Below the pieces are notes generated by a model. That model worked only from the letters and a program-made list of their open reading frames with translations. It was not told the DNA's origin and searched no databases. From an uncultured bacterium (GTDB taxonomy: Bacteria; CAYUVA01), in contig CAYUVA010000034.1 in the NCBI GenBank assembly GCA_964448115.1, forward strand, positions 1 through 53,284: a DNA stretch of 53,284 nucleotides, written 5' to 3'. Positions 27,935 to 37,524 of this stretch are shown piece after piece. The stretch's first letter is position 1, and each line of letters opens with the position of its first letter. Both the position numbers and the translations under genes were made by a program.

Positions 27935-30196
27935 TTGACAAAGCGATCGAAAAAGAAGAGCCAGAGTTTCAACCATGCATTGGTAATCCTTTTTTTCGCA
28001 CTTTTTCTTCGTGTTCTTTATTATCAGGAAAATCTGCAAGATCCATTATTCGGCTTCGCCTTTGTTGACAGCAAGAACTTCGATGATACCGCTATGAGCT
28101 TCGCATCCGGTCGGCTAACCTTCGACACACCTTTCTGGAAGCCGCCTGGGTACAGCATTTTCTTAGGTTTGCTTTATTATTTTGTAGGCAGAGATTTTAC
28201 TGTAATAACTATGGCGCAACATATCCTGGGTGCCTTAAGCTGCTTATTGGTATATTTTTTGGCTTTGCGCTTCATGCCTGGTTACTATGCCTTTATGGCC
28301 GGCCTTATCAGCGCCTTTTATGGTGTGTTCATATACTTTGAGGGAGAGATACTCTATCCATCTTTAAGCATTTTTTTTAATCTCGGCGGGTTAATCCTTC
28401 TCCACAAGGCAGTTTATGGCGCAAGTAAAGACATAAGGGAAGACTTTGAGGGCACAAAGAAAGGAACTTGGCTAACAGCAGGGCTTGTGTTCGGTCTGAG
28501 CGCCATAACCAGACCGAATATACTGATATTCCTCGTGCTTGTACCGCTGCTTGTTCAATTATTAGGGGTAAAGCATCGTGTATTGGTGAGTCTGCTTTTC
28601 GTGCTCGGCTGGCTGCTTCCCATAATGCCGATCACCGCGCATAATATCTACTTCGGTAAGGATACTATTCTGATTTCGTGCAATACTGGGGTAAATTTCT
28701 GGGTGGGGAACAATCACCAATCGGATGGCAAGACACCCCCATCGCCGGGGAGCCAATGGACGCGACTGGTCGCAGAGCCGTTCAAGGATGATCCCGATAT
28801 GAAGCCGTCTGCGCAATCGAGATACTTCTATAACAAGACGCTCCAGGATATTGCTCAGCATCCGCTTCGCTGGGCTGGGCTTATGGCGCGGAAGCTCTAT
28901 TATTTACTGCATGGATACGAGATCCCTAACAACAAGGACATTTATCGCGTGGTGGCGGACAAGTTTCCCCTCAATATTTTGATCGGAGACAGCATAATAT
29001 ATTATCCCTTCGGGTTGATTATGCCGCTAGGGCTGATCGGGCTTGTTATCAGCGTAAAACAGTGGCGCAGGTTCGTGCTTTTATATCTCTTTGCAGCATC
29101 TTACGCAGCAAGCATCCTCGCCTTCTTCGTCTGCGCCCGCTATCGTCTGAGCATGATCCCGGTAATTATCATCTTCGCTGTGATCGCCCTGCAGCGAACG
29201 ATATCGCTGGCTCAAGGCGGTCAGTTCAAGCGCTTATTATTTAGCATAGCAGCACCTCTAATCCTGCTGGTATTGCTCAATGCGCCGCTATTGGGAGTGA
29301 TTAGAGCCGATAAGATGCCGGAGCACGATATGCTGCTGTCCATGGCATATCTTGAGCGGGGCGATTATCAGAAGGCGGAGGCTGCGATAACCGAAGCGCT
29401 ATCCAAGAATCCCAGCTATCCCGATGCCTACTTCTACCGCGGCAAGCTGCTAGCTAAACATGGGATGCTTACCGAGGCTGAGCAGGCATTTAAAAAGGCG
29501 ATTGCCTTGTACCCCGAATTCGCCGCTGCCTACAGTGAGCTGGGGAATGTATATATGCTGATGGGGGACTATGCGCAAGCCTCCATGAACTACATCCGAT
29601 CCCTTGAGCTGGTGCCGGACTCCGCTGAGACAGCCTTCAACCTCGGCATCGCCTACAGCCAGGTGGGGATGTTGCAGCAGAGCCTTAAGGCGTTCTATAA
29701 TGCTTACCGGCTGAGACCAGATGACCCTCGCTATAACTCGTATCTAGGTATGGCATTCGCTAGGCTAGAAAAGACGGACCAGGCGCTTGCCTACGGGAAA
29801 AGGGCGGTGTTGCTGGACTCGCAATATGTGGAGGGGTACTTGACACTGGGAAGGATCTACCTGATGGCAAAATGGCTCAATAAAGCCATTGATGCCTTTG
29901 AAAAGGCATCATGTCTCGATCCGGATAGCTTCGAGGCGCACCAGTTTCTCGCCATGATTTACTCGAAAAAGGGAGATATCGATAAAGCAATAGCTGAGCT
30001 TGAACAAGCCCTCCAGCTTAGTTTTGAGGCATCTCTTGCGGTGAACCTGGCGATTATGCTACAACAACAGGGTAACGTTGAGGAGGCTTTGCAATGGCTT
30101 GAGAAGATACCGCTCGATGAGGTTGATCCTGCAACCGGTGAGTCAATTCAGAAGATGATGCTTCGACTGCGCACGAAAAAGGGTGGGATGGAATGA
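27935..30196 (+). CDS. GT-C fold (family 39 / PMT-like) membrane glycosyltransferase with C-terminal TPR array
   Basis: Multiple TM segments, D-containing first loop, PPGY..FL, TRPN, NFWVGNN, ARYR, then several TPR repeats. Confidence 0.82.
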   Translation: MTKRSKKKSQSFNHALVILFFALFLRVLYYQENLQDPLFGFAFVDSKNFDDTAMSFASGRLTFDTPFWKPPGYSIFLGLLYYFVGRDFTVITMAQHILGALSCLLVYFLALRFMPGYYAFMAGLISAFYGVFIYFEGEILYPSLSIFFNLGGLILLHKAVYGASKDIREDFEGTKKGTWLTAGLVFGLSAITRPNILIFLVLVPLLVQLLGVKHRVLVSLLFVLGWLLPIMPITAHNIYFGKDTILISCNTGVNFWVGNNHQSDGKTPPSPGSQWTRLVAEPFKDDPDMKPSAQSRYFYNKTLQDIAQHPLRWAGLMARKLYYLLHGYEIPNNKDIYRVVADKFPLNILIGDSIIYYPFGLIMPLGLIGLVISVKQWRRFVLLYLFAASYAASILAFFVCARYRLSMIPVIIIFAVIALQRTISLAQGGQFKRLLFSIAAPLILLVLLNAPLLGVIRADKMPEHDMLLSMAYLERGDYQKAEAAITEALSKNPSYPDAYFYRGKLLAKHGMLTEAEQAFKKAIALYPEFAAAYSELGNVYMLMGDYAQASMNYIRSLELVPDSAETAFNLGIAYSQVGMLQQSLKAFYNAYRLRPDDPRYNSYLGMAFARLEKTDQALAYGKRAVLLDSQYVEGYLTLGRIYLMAKWLNKAIDAFEKASCLDPDSFEAHQFLAMIYSKKGDIDKAIAELEQALQLSFEASLAVNLAIMLQQQGNVEEALQWLEKIPLDEVDPATGESIQKMMLRLRTKKGGME

Positions 30197-32370
30197 GGGA
30201 TCGCATTGCTATAATAGCCTTGTTTGTCTTTATTTTGTTGGTTGCAATCTATTGTGAAAAGCAAACCAGCAACGATAATGAATATCTAATCTACTGCTTT
30301 GGCGATTCGCATGTTTCCGGAGCCGGTTCGCTTCCGGGGCTTGGATACCCGGAGATCCTCCAGAAGATCTTCAAGCGCCATTGCCCTGGGTTCAAAGTCA
30401 AGATTGTCAACTTCGGTGTGCCAGGACTGAACAGCTCATGTACGCTTCGGATGATGGAAGAAAAGATATCAAAGACCAAACCTGACCTGGTCATGGTTTT
30501 GACTGGACACGCTCCGGCAACGCTTGATAACTCTAATATCAGAGAGGCTCTTGTGGAAAAGCGAGGGCTGAAGCCAACTGAGATATCGGAGCGGATCTGG
30601 TCTGATGATGAAAGGCAGGCGCTGGTCGAGTATGATACGGAGCGGATGATTGATTTGGCGCGGTCTCAGGGATTCAAGATTATTTTTTTAACTTATCCTT
30701 TTGATATCAGTGTATTAAATGAGACGCTTTTTAAACTAAAAGTTTTCCAGGTAATAAATAGTGATTTTTTTGAGCAATATTTGAAGAAAATTCCCGATGT
30801 TGTGCTTTGTCCTGGAGGGCATCCCAATGTAATCGGTTATAGCCTTATGGCATATAATGTTTTTGTAAATCTAGCAAGGGATAACGGTCTATTTTTTGAT
30901 AATAATTATTTTAAGTATATTAAATTACCTTATTTAACAGAAGATCTTAAAGATAATATTCATAAGATACTTGACTTTATATTTGATTTTGATAGTTCTA
31001 TAGAAATATTAAAGCAGTTCTCAGATGACAAGAACAGGTATAGTTTACTGCATGTATTAGATGATCATCGAGACAGATCACTAGTGTTTAGAAATGGAAG
31101 GCTTTTTATGGTAAACTATGTCGATCTAAATTATAATATAATCTTTGAGCATGATCCTAAGCCATTTTCTGAAAATTTACCGGTTAATTTTGTCGATTAT
31201 TTGCTTGGAAAGCCTAATGTAAAAATTAGTTATGATAATAATGATAAAAATATCAGTTTATTTGATGAGAGATGGGTGTATGTAGATGGAATGAATATAT
31301 TTACTATATTATTCAAAGATAATTATTCATTGGTTGCAATGGTACATAACAGGAGCAGGTTTACTGATGAGCATTTAATATTTCTCAATATGAAACCTAA
31401 TTTAGATGAGCTATTAGAAGTATTTATTGAACCTAAAAAGGTTGATAAAAATACCGTTTATTTCTATTTGACAACAGATACCCTGAAGATTAATATTAAA
31501 AATAATAAAGTGGCATCCTGGAAGATGATTCCAACAAATAAATTAGTTAAGTATGATGAGTCATTTATGAGTGATCTAAATAACTATTTTATTTCTGGAC
31601 TTCATAATGAAATAATATCAGCATTTGGTGAAGCTGATTATTCCTTCAATATTTGGATAGAAAGTGAGTATCAAATTAGGTATTTCGATAATGTTTGTAT
31701 ATTGTTGAATGGTAATAAGGTAGAAAAAGTACTATATTATCTCAATAAATTTAATTTTGAGGAAATATTGCCAAACGATAAGCCAATAATCAATAGAAAA
31801 AAGCTCATTAAAAATTATATTAATAATAACAATCCACTTTTATGGAATTTTGATAATTTTCATTTCAATAAAGAACCTTTCATTATAAAATATAATCTAT
31901 TTTGCTCTTATGGATATAGTAATTTAGATTTTTTGGACTTAATCTCTATATTAACTCAACTGCCTTATGAATTTCAAAATATGCTCTATGAGAATTATGC
32001 AATTTTTAAAATAAAAAGAAATGATGATATATATGATTATTTTGAATATAGATATAATAATAGCTTCATATCATTTAGTATTATTCAAGGCAGACTAATA
32101 ATTAACTATGTGGATATTGATGGAAAAATATTTGAGAAAGAAAGTAATTGTAAGATCTATAATATATTTTATAATAAATATCTTAAACAAAAACCCTTTG
32201 AGGTTATTAAATTTATATTCGGTGAAAAATATTTAACAAAACAGCAATCAAATAAAAAATCTCAGATTACTTATTTCATTAATTTGCATCATTTACCTGA
32301 TGATTTTATTAAACCAGAAATCACCGTAAAAAATAATAAAATAATTGCTGTAAACCTTAATTGCCAATAG
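30193..32370 (+). CDS. SGNH/GDSL-hydrolase-like N-terminus fused to an AT-rich C-terminal region of unknown function
   Basis: CFGDSH, NFGVPG.NS, PDLVMVL.G, HPN..GY; start overlaps the upstream stop (ATGA). Confidence 0.7.
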   Translation: MRDRIAIIALFVFILLVAIYCEKQTSNDNEYLIYCFGDSHVSGAGSLPGLGYPEILQKIFKRHCPGFKVKIVNFGVPGLNSSCTLRMMEEKISKTKPDLVMVLTGHAPATLDNSNIREALVEKRGLKPTEISERIWSDDERQALVEYDTERMIDLARSQGFKIIFLTYPFDISVLNETLFKLKVFQVINSDFFEQYLKKIPDVVLCPGGHPNVIGYSLMAYNVFVNLARDNGLFFDNNYFKYIKLPYLTEDLKDNIHKILDFIFDFDSSIEILKQFSDDKNRYSLLHVLDDHRDRSLVFRNGRLFMVNYVDLNYNIIFEHDPKPFSENLPVNFVDYLLGKPNVKISYDNNDKNISLFDERWVYVDGMNIFTILFKDNYSLVAMVHNRSRFTDEHLIFLNMKPNLDELLEVFIEPKKVDKNTVYFYLTTDTLKINIKNNKVASWKMIPTNKLVKYDESFMSDLNNYFISGLHNEIISAFGEADYSFNIWIESEYQIRYFDNVCILLNGNKVEKVLYYLNKFNFEEILPNDKPIINRKKLIKNYINNNNPLLWNFDNFHFNKEPFIIKYNLFCSYGYSNLDFLDLISILTQLPYEFQNMLYENYAIFKIKRNDDIYDYFEYRYNNSFISFSIIQGRLIINYVDIDGKIFEKESNCKIYNIFYNKYLKQKPFEVIKFIFGEKYLTKQQSNKKSQITYFINLHHLPDDFIKPEITVKNNKIIAVNLNCQ

Positions 32371-32376
32371 CTTAAT

Positions 32377-32667
32377 ATGGGTAAAATGATTATCAGGACA
32401 ATCGAGGAAAAGGACTACGATGGGCTAATTCCGCTATGGCAGCAAGCCGAGATACCGGTTGATATTGAAGGGCGAGAGAGAAAAGATGTTATTAGAAAGG
32501 AAGTAAGGCGAAATAGAGAACTTATGATGGTCGCTTGTGATGATGGACATATTATAGCCTCAGTAATTGGTGCCACCGATGATAGAAAGGGCTGGATAAA
32601 TAGGCTAGCAGTGCATCCGGAATACCGCAGGCAGTCATTCGCTATTGATTCTGGCGCAAGCCGGTGA
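32377..32667 (+). pseudogene. Truncated GNAT acetyltransferase
   Basis: IRTIEEKD, GWINRLAVHPEYRRQSFA (motif A), then a stop. A short LLILAQAGEEL* continues in another frame; motif B is missing. Confidence 0.65.
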
Positions 32668-32748
32668 GGAACTCTAGATGACATTTTGGGGACTGTAGAT
32701 TTATCCATAATGTGGTTGTCATTTTTTCTTGTGCCAATATAATGGTTT

Positions 32749-34191
32749 ATGCTGATGAAAAAACGATCTGTCTTTATATCATTTACTCTTCTATGCCTGC
32801 TTATTGCAGCCTGTGCCACCTCGACTCTGTTCGTCCCTTATCCTGTAGTGCTGGAAAAGTCGCTGCGCAAGTTCGAGAGCGGTGAGATAGATGAGGCGAC
32901 CAAGCGCCTGGAGAAGCTCTCCGGCGAGGAACAGAACCGCGTCCTTTACAAGCTGGAACAGGGGATGCTTTACCATATAGTCGGCGACTTCGAGTCGAGC
33001 ATCGCCAGCCTGGCACAGGCGGAAAAGACAGCTATAGACTACGAGAAAAAGCCGATAATAAGCCTAACCGACACCGGCGCCAGCCTATCCACCGCCTTCA
33101 CCAACGACAATGCCATACCATATCGAGGTTATGGCTATGAGCGAGTTATGCTCAATACCGTCCTTGCGCTCAACTACCTTTTCTTAGGCAAGGTGGAGGA
33201 TGCCGCGGTCGAGGTGCGCCGCGCTGATTTGCAGCAGAAACGGCAGCTCGAAAGACACCGCGAGGAGATGCTTCGAGCCAAGGAGGCTAGAAAAAAGGAG
33301 AAGATCGATCCGGGCAGCGATGACAAGGTCTTGCAGCGCTACCGTGAGATGGGCGCTCACTATGAAAATGTTGCCAATAGCTTCATGAATGCCTTTACTT
33401 ACTACATCTCTGGCGTTATCTACGAGCTTTATGGTCAGCCGAATGATGCCTATATCGACTACAAGAAGGCTTATGAGCTGCAACCTGATCTGAGCTTCTT
33501 AAGGCGCGATCTGCTCAGGCTATCAAGAAGGCTCGGCTTTCACCAGGAGCATCAACAGTGGCTCGATGCCTTTGGCGGAGTCGGCTTCACCGCTCCAACC
33601 GATGTCGGCGAGCTTATCGTTATATACCAGTGCGAGGATATCCCCGCCAAGAAAGAGGTGCGCATGGACTTCTTCGTCGGCAATAGCTGGGTCTCAATGG
33701 CAATGCCTATCTATGATGTCTTCTACTTCCCCGGCTATTACCTAAAGGTCGAAAGCGAGGGGAGGATGTTGGGCGAGACAGAGATAGTGGTCGATCTGTA
33801 TCCGCTGGCCGTGAAGTGCCTTGAGGAACAAGCGCCCATCATCGCAGTGCGCCAGATACTCAGGCTGATCACCAAAAGCACGATGAGTGCAATAGCCAGC
33901 GAATATGATCGAAGACGACAAGGCTGCCCGGTCGCATCTATATGCACCAGCATGTATAATGTCATCTCGGAGAACGCTGACTTGAGGTCATGGCTCACCT
34001 TGCCCCACAACATCCAGATCTACCGCGGTTATCTTAAACCAGGGCAGACACAGCTCGACCTTCGGGTGTTCATTGATTCGAGGTTCATCAGCTCCAGGCG
34101 GGTTACCATCGATGTGCAAACAGGTAAGACTTCGCTGGTGAATCTGCGCTCCTGCTATGGTAAGATGTTTGTGCAGACAGTAACACTCTAA
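32749..34191 (+). CDS. COG3014-like TPR lipoprotein
   Basis: Lipobox IAAC, PYRGYGYERVMLN, A.VEVRRA, ADLRSWLTLP; adjacent to lpoB. Confidence 0.8.
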   Translation: MLMKKRSVFISFTLLCLLIAACATSTLFVPYPVVLEKSLRKFESGEIDEATKRLEKLSGEEQNRVLYKLEQGMLYHIVGDFESSIASLAQAEKTAIDYEKKPIISLTDTGASLSTAFTNDNAIPYRGYGYERVMLNTVLALNYLFLGKVEDAAVEVRRADLQQKRQLERHREEMLRAKEARKKEKIDPGSDDKVLQRYREMGAHYENVANSFMNAFTYYISGVIYELYGQPNDAYIDYKKAYELQPDLSFLRRDLLRLSRRLGFHQEHQQWLDAFGGVGFTAPTDVGELIVIYQCEDIPAKKEVRMDFFVGNSWVSMAMPIYDVFYFPGYYLKVESEGRMLGETEIVVDLYPLAVKCLEEQAPIIAVRQILRLITKSTMSAIASEYDRRRQGCPVASICTSMYNVISENADLRSWLTLPHNIQIYRGYLKPGQTQLDLRVFIDSRFISSRRVTIDVQTGKTSLVNLRSCYGKMFVQTVTL

Positions 34192-34234
34192 AGAGAAACG
34201 ATTGTAAACAAGAAAAGCGCTAAGGAGGCTTTCG

Positions 34235-34831
34235 ATGCGAAGGATACTGATATCGCTATTGATTATAAGCATGGCTTTTATGCTCGCCTGCTGTGCATCG
34301 ACACGCAGCGAGGTCAGGTATGTTGATACCTCGGAAACGGAGATGGTTACCGTGGAGTTCGGCAGCACAGATCTACATACCATCGCAGAAGAAATGGTCG
34401 ATTCGCTGCTTGCCTCGATGGTTACTGGTGATAAGAAGCCAGTGATCTTCGTTAGCAGAGTGAAAAACAAGACCACCGAGCATATCGATACCGAAGCGAT
34501 CACCAACAAGATCAAGGTCAGGCTGATAAAGTCGGGCTTAGTGAAATTCACCGCTGCAAAGGACATCCGCGAGGAGGTGCTGGATCAGCTCGAATACCAG
34601 GCAGGATCCGGACTGGTAGATCCCAACACTGGTAAGGATTACGGCAAACAGATCGGAGCTGACTATATCCTGTACGGCGATATTTCCTCGATCGTGAAGG
34701 AGAGGAGGAGCATTACCGACATTTACTATGTCATCACCCTGAACCTGGTCAATATAGAAACCGGTATCATCGAGTGGGCTGAGGAGACCGAATTCAGGAA
34801 GCAAGAGACCAGGCAGAAGGTCGGTTTCTAA
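34235..34831 (+). CDS. lpoB: Penicillin-binding protein activator LpoB-family lipoprotein
   Basis: Lipobox, FGSTDL...MVDSLL, VKNKTTEHIDT, GKQIGADYILYG.I, LV..ETG.IEW. Confidence 0.85.
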   Translation: MRRILISLLIISMAFMLACCASTRSEVRYVDTSETEMVTVEFGSTDLHTIAEEMVDSLLASMVTGDKKPVIFVSRVKNKTTEHIDTEAITNKIKVRLIKSGLVKFTAAKDIREEVLDQLEYQAGSGLVDPNTGKDYGKQIGADYILYGDISSIVKERRSITDIYYVITLNLVNIETGIIEWAEETEFRKQETRQKVGF

Positions 34832-34841
34832 CAGTCATTGC

Positions 34842-34870
34842 AGGCTCGATACTTCGATGTTCGAGCCTTT
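34842..34870 (+). terminator. Possible terminator after lpoB
   Basis: AGGCTCGA ... TCGAGCCT stem followed by a short T run. Confidence 0.5.
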
Positions 34871-34901
34871 GATAATAACGCTTTAATAGCGGAGGTGTTA
34901 C

Positions 34902-35642
34902 ATGATCAAAGTGTATTCATGGTTTATAGTCGCGCTGGCAGCGGCAGCGATGATGCTTGCGGCATGCAGCGGCGATGATGACAATTCAGGAGGCGTGATC
35001 ATTCCGCTCAAGATCGGAAAGACCTGGTATTACCAGGAGGTCATGGGGGAAACTGCCGCCAAGGCGCCACCATCGGATTATGTCTTTTTCCTTAGTGTAC
35101 TCAGCACAAAGGAGATAAGGGAACAGACCACTTATGCTGTTTTGGCTGGCGATCCGTGGGATTACTATTATGCCGACTATTTCCGTAACAAGGATGATGG
35201 CATTCATTACTATGGATATTATGACTACTGGGATATGGAGGAATATATCTACAATGCGGAAGGGCTGCTTTGGAAGTACCCTTGCAAGGCGGGTGATACC
35301 TACCAGGGATTCTATGATGAATTCCGTGAAATCACGGTGGTCTCCACAAATGCCAAGGTTACCGTGCCAGCCGGCACTTATACCTGCGTGCAATACGAGG
35401 TTCCCTGGTACTCGAATGAGTATGGTGAATCTTGGTCTTACAAGTACTTCGCCCCCGATGTCGGCTTGGTCAAAGAGGTTGTTCACGATATCTGGGAGGG
35501 GGTCGAAGAGGTATATGGCTTGGAACTGATAAAGATTGACAACGATGGACCACCTTATAATAGCACTGTTGTCTCGCCGAGAACCGATCAGGAAAGATCA
35601 AAAAGAATAGGATTACTGGGGATCTATTATTCCAAGAGGTAA
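34902..35642 (+). CDS. Lipoprotein of unknown function (beta-sheet, TVPAG...APDVGLVK motif)
   Basis: Lipobox LAAC, PLKIGKTWYY, VTVPAGTY.CV, YFAPDVGLVK; RBS GGAGG. Confidence 0.8.
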   Translation: MIKVYSWFIVALAAAAMMLAACSGDDDNSGGVIIPLKIGKTWYYQEVMGETAAKAPPSDYVFFLSVLSTKEIREQTTYAVLAGDPWDYYYADYFRNKDDGIHYYGYYDYWDMEEYIYNAEGLLWKYPCKAGDTYQGFYDEFREITVVSTNAKVTVPAGTYTCVQYEVPWYSNEYGESWSYKYFAPDVGLVKEVVHDIWEGVEEVYGLELIKIDNDGPPYNSTVVSPRTDQERSKRIGLLGIYYSKR

Positions 35643-35670
35643 TTCTACTTCTTCATCGAACTTGAATATA

Positions 35671-35706
35671 CCCCGTGGATGCTTGAGTCTGCGGGGCTTT
35701 TCTTTT
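35671..35706 (+). terminator. Intrinsic terminator
   Basis: CCCCGTGGAT / GTCTGCGGGG stem followed by CTTTTCTTTT. Confidence 0.75.
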
Positions 35707-35722
35707 ATCATCCATTGATAGC

Positions 35723-37420
35723 TTGGAAAAGATTGAGCAAACAAAAAAGACCATTCTTCTGTTAGCCATTCTCTTTGTTTTCATCCTTGTTTGTCTGATC
35801 TCATCTTCGAGGACCTCGCTGACTTACGATGAGATAGTCTATATCCCGCTTTCATATTTATTTCTAAGCAAGGGTGAGATTCACATCTCCACGCCGCTGG
35901 TGCTTGTGTTTCTGGGGCTTCCGCAGTATTTGGCAAATCCGAAAATAGATGATCGGACGATCGGCGCTTATCGGATAGGGGATCTTTCGGATCTGATAAA
36001 CCAGGTTTACTTTGGTCATGTATATCTTGGTTTGATGGGCAATGACCGCCAGTCGCTGATTGCGCTTTCCAGGCTTGGGAATATCATCGCCGGGGTGCTT
36101 TTGATCTTAGTAGCCTATTTCTGGAGTGTACTTCTGTTTGAGGGAGGTGGTCTTCTGTCTGCCGCGCTGGCTGCCACTTGCCCTGCCATTATAGGGCTTG
36201 CATCGGTCGCTACCTCGGATATGCTGGTAACCCTTGGCATCGCTGCCACCTGTTTTTTCTATTACTTGTATCTATCCGAGCAAAGGTTCTTGTGGCTTTT
36301 TTTATGCGGCGCATCCTTTGGTTCAGCGCAACTGTGCAAGCAATCAGCATTCCTTCTGCTGCCGGTGCTGCTTCTGATGTCCGCAGGGGAGCTATTATTT
36401 GCCAGGAAAGAGGCTCTACAGGCAATCAAAAGGATGCTGTTCGCCCTAGTCGTGATCGCTTTTATGGGATGGCTTATCCTGAATACAGGCTATTTGTGGC
36501 GGGGGAGCTTCGATACGTCGTGGAGCCATCGCTTCAACAGCAATTTTATGAGGGGCTTATATGTAAAGCTGTGGCCAGGATGGCTGCCCACCCTGCTCCC
36601 CGGCGATTATCTTGAGGCGATCGACTTCAACATGGGTATCAGCGAGGATGGCTGGCCGGCGTATTATCTCGGCAAGGTGAGCAAGGATTATATCTACGGC
36701 TATTATGCCCTGTCATTGCTGGTAAAGACGCCGATCACAGCCCTTGTTGCCGCTCTGTTGGCGCTAATAATTGCTTGCAGAAATCACGAAAAATGGAGGG
36801 ATTACTACCACCTGCTCATTCCGGCAATCTTTTACTTCATGTACTTTTCCTTCATCGGCAAGCGCTACCAGGGGGTGAGATATATCTTGATCTGTTACCC
36901 GGTTCTATGTATTCTGCTCGGCCTGCTTTCTCGTGTGAAGCTGTCAACGCCATTACGCAGCATGGCAGCCCTTATCTTGATCGTTGGTTACCTTGTCGAG
37001 GTTTTCAGCGCGCATCCTAATTATCTTAGCTACTACAATGCCTTAGCCGGCGGGCAGAAGGGCGGTTATAAGCTCATGGTCGATTCCAACACCGACTGGG
37101 GGCAGGGGCTGGTACAGCTCAAGGAATACATGGATAAGCACAAGATAGACTCGGTATATTTATCCTACTTTGGCATGGCTGATCCAGAATGGTACGGCAT
37201 CGAGTACGAGCAGCTTCACACCTTGTCAAATCAGCCCTGGACATGGCTAAATGGCAAGGATGATCTTGGTTGCGAGCCAAGGGTGCCTGGTGTCTATGCC
37301 ATAAGCGCCACCAATCTGTGGGGTGTTTTCCTTGCCGACCAGGAGTGCTATAAATGGTTATGGGGCAAGGAGCCAAATGCGGTCATCGCCGGCTCCATCC
37401 TAATCTATGGTGTGCCATGA
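35723..37420 (+). CDS. ArnT / GT39-like GT-C glycosyltransferase
   Basis: TYDE in the first loop, multiple TMs, VKTP, GVRY, HPNYLSYYN, DSNTDWGQ.L, AISATNL.G. Confidence 0.85.
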   Translation: MEKIEQTKKTILLLAILFVFILVCLISSSRTSLTYDEIVYIPLSYLFLSKGEIHISTPLVLVFLGLPQYLANPKIDDRTIGAYRIGDLSDLINQVYFGHVYLGLMGNDRQSLIALSRLGNIIAGVLLILVAYFWSVLLFEGGGLLSAALAATCPAIIGLASVATSDMLVTLGIAATCFFYYLYLSEQRFLWLFLCGASFGSAQLCKQSAFLLLPVLLLMSAGELLFARKEALQAIKRMLFALVVIAFMGWLILNTGYLWRGSFDTSWSHRFNSNFMRGLYVKLWPGWLPTLLPGDYLEAIDFNMGISEDGWPAYYLGKVSKDYIYGYYALSLLVKTPITALVAALLALIIACRNHEKWRDYYHLLIPAIFYFMYFSFIGKRYQGVRYILICYPVLCILLGLLSRVKLSTPLRSMAALILIVGYLVEVFSAHPNYLSYYNALAGGQKGGYKLMVDSNTDWGQGLVQLKEYMDKHKIDSVYLSYFGMADPEWYGIEYEQLHTLSNQPWTWLNGKDDLGCEPRVPGVYAISATNLWGVFLADQECYKWLWGKEPNAVIAGSILIYGVP

Positions 37421-37431
37421 AGCTGTAAAAA

Positions 37432-37482
37432 ATCAACCGCGGGCTTTAGCCCGTTGCCAGAGGGCTGAAGACCGCTGTTGAT
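37432..37482. repeat. REP-like inverted repeat (GCGGGCTTTAGCCC type)
   Basis: ATCAACCGCGGGCTTTAGCCC pairs with GGGCTGAAGACCGCTGTTGAT (21 bp, 3 mismatches). Confidence 0.75.
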
Positions 37483-37524
37483 GAAAGAGTAGATTGAAAT
37501 GATGGTAAGAGAGAACCTTATTAT

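Noticed and set aside
23218-37498. TAGATTGAA recurring in three intergenic regions (23218, 27888, 37490)
   Set aside because: Short, AT-rich, non-palindromic and inconsistently placed relative to starts; cannot be distinguished from chance here.
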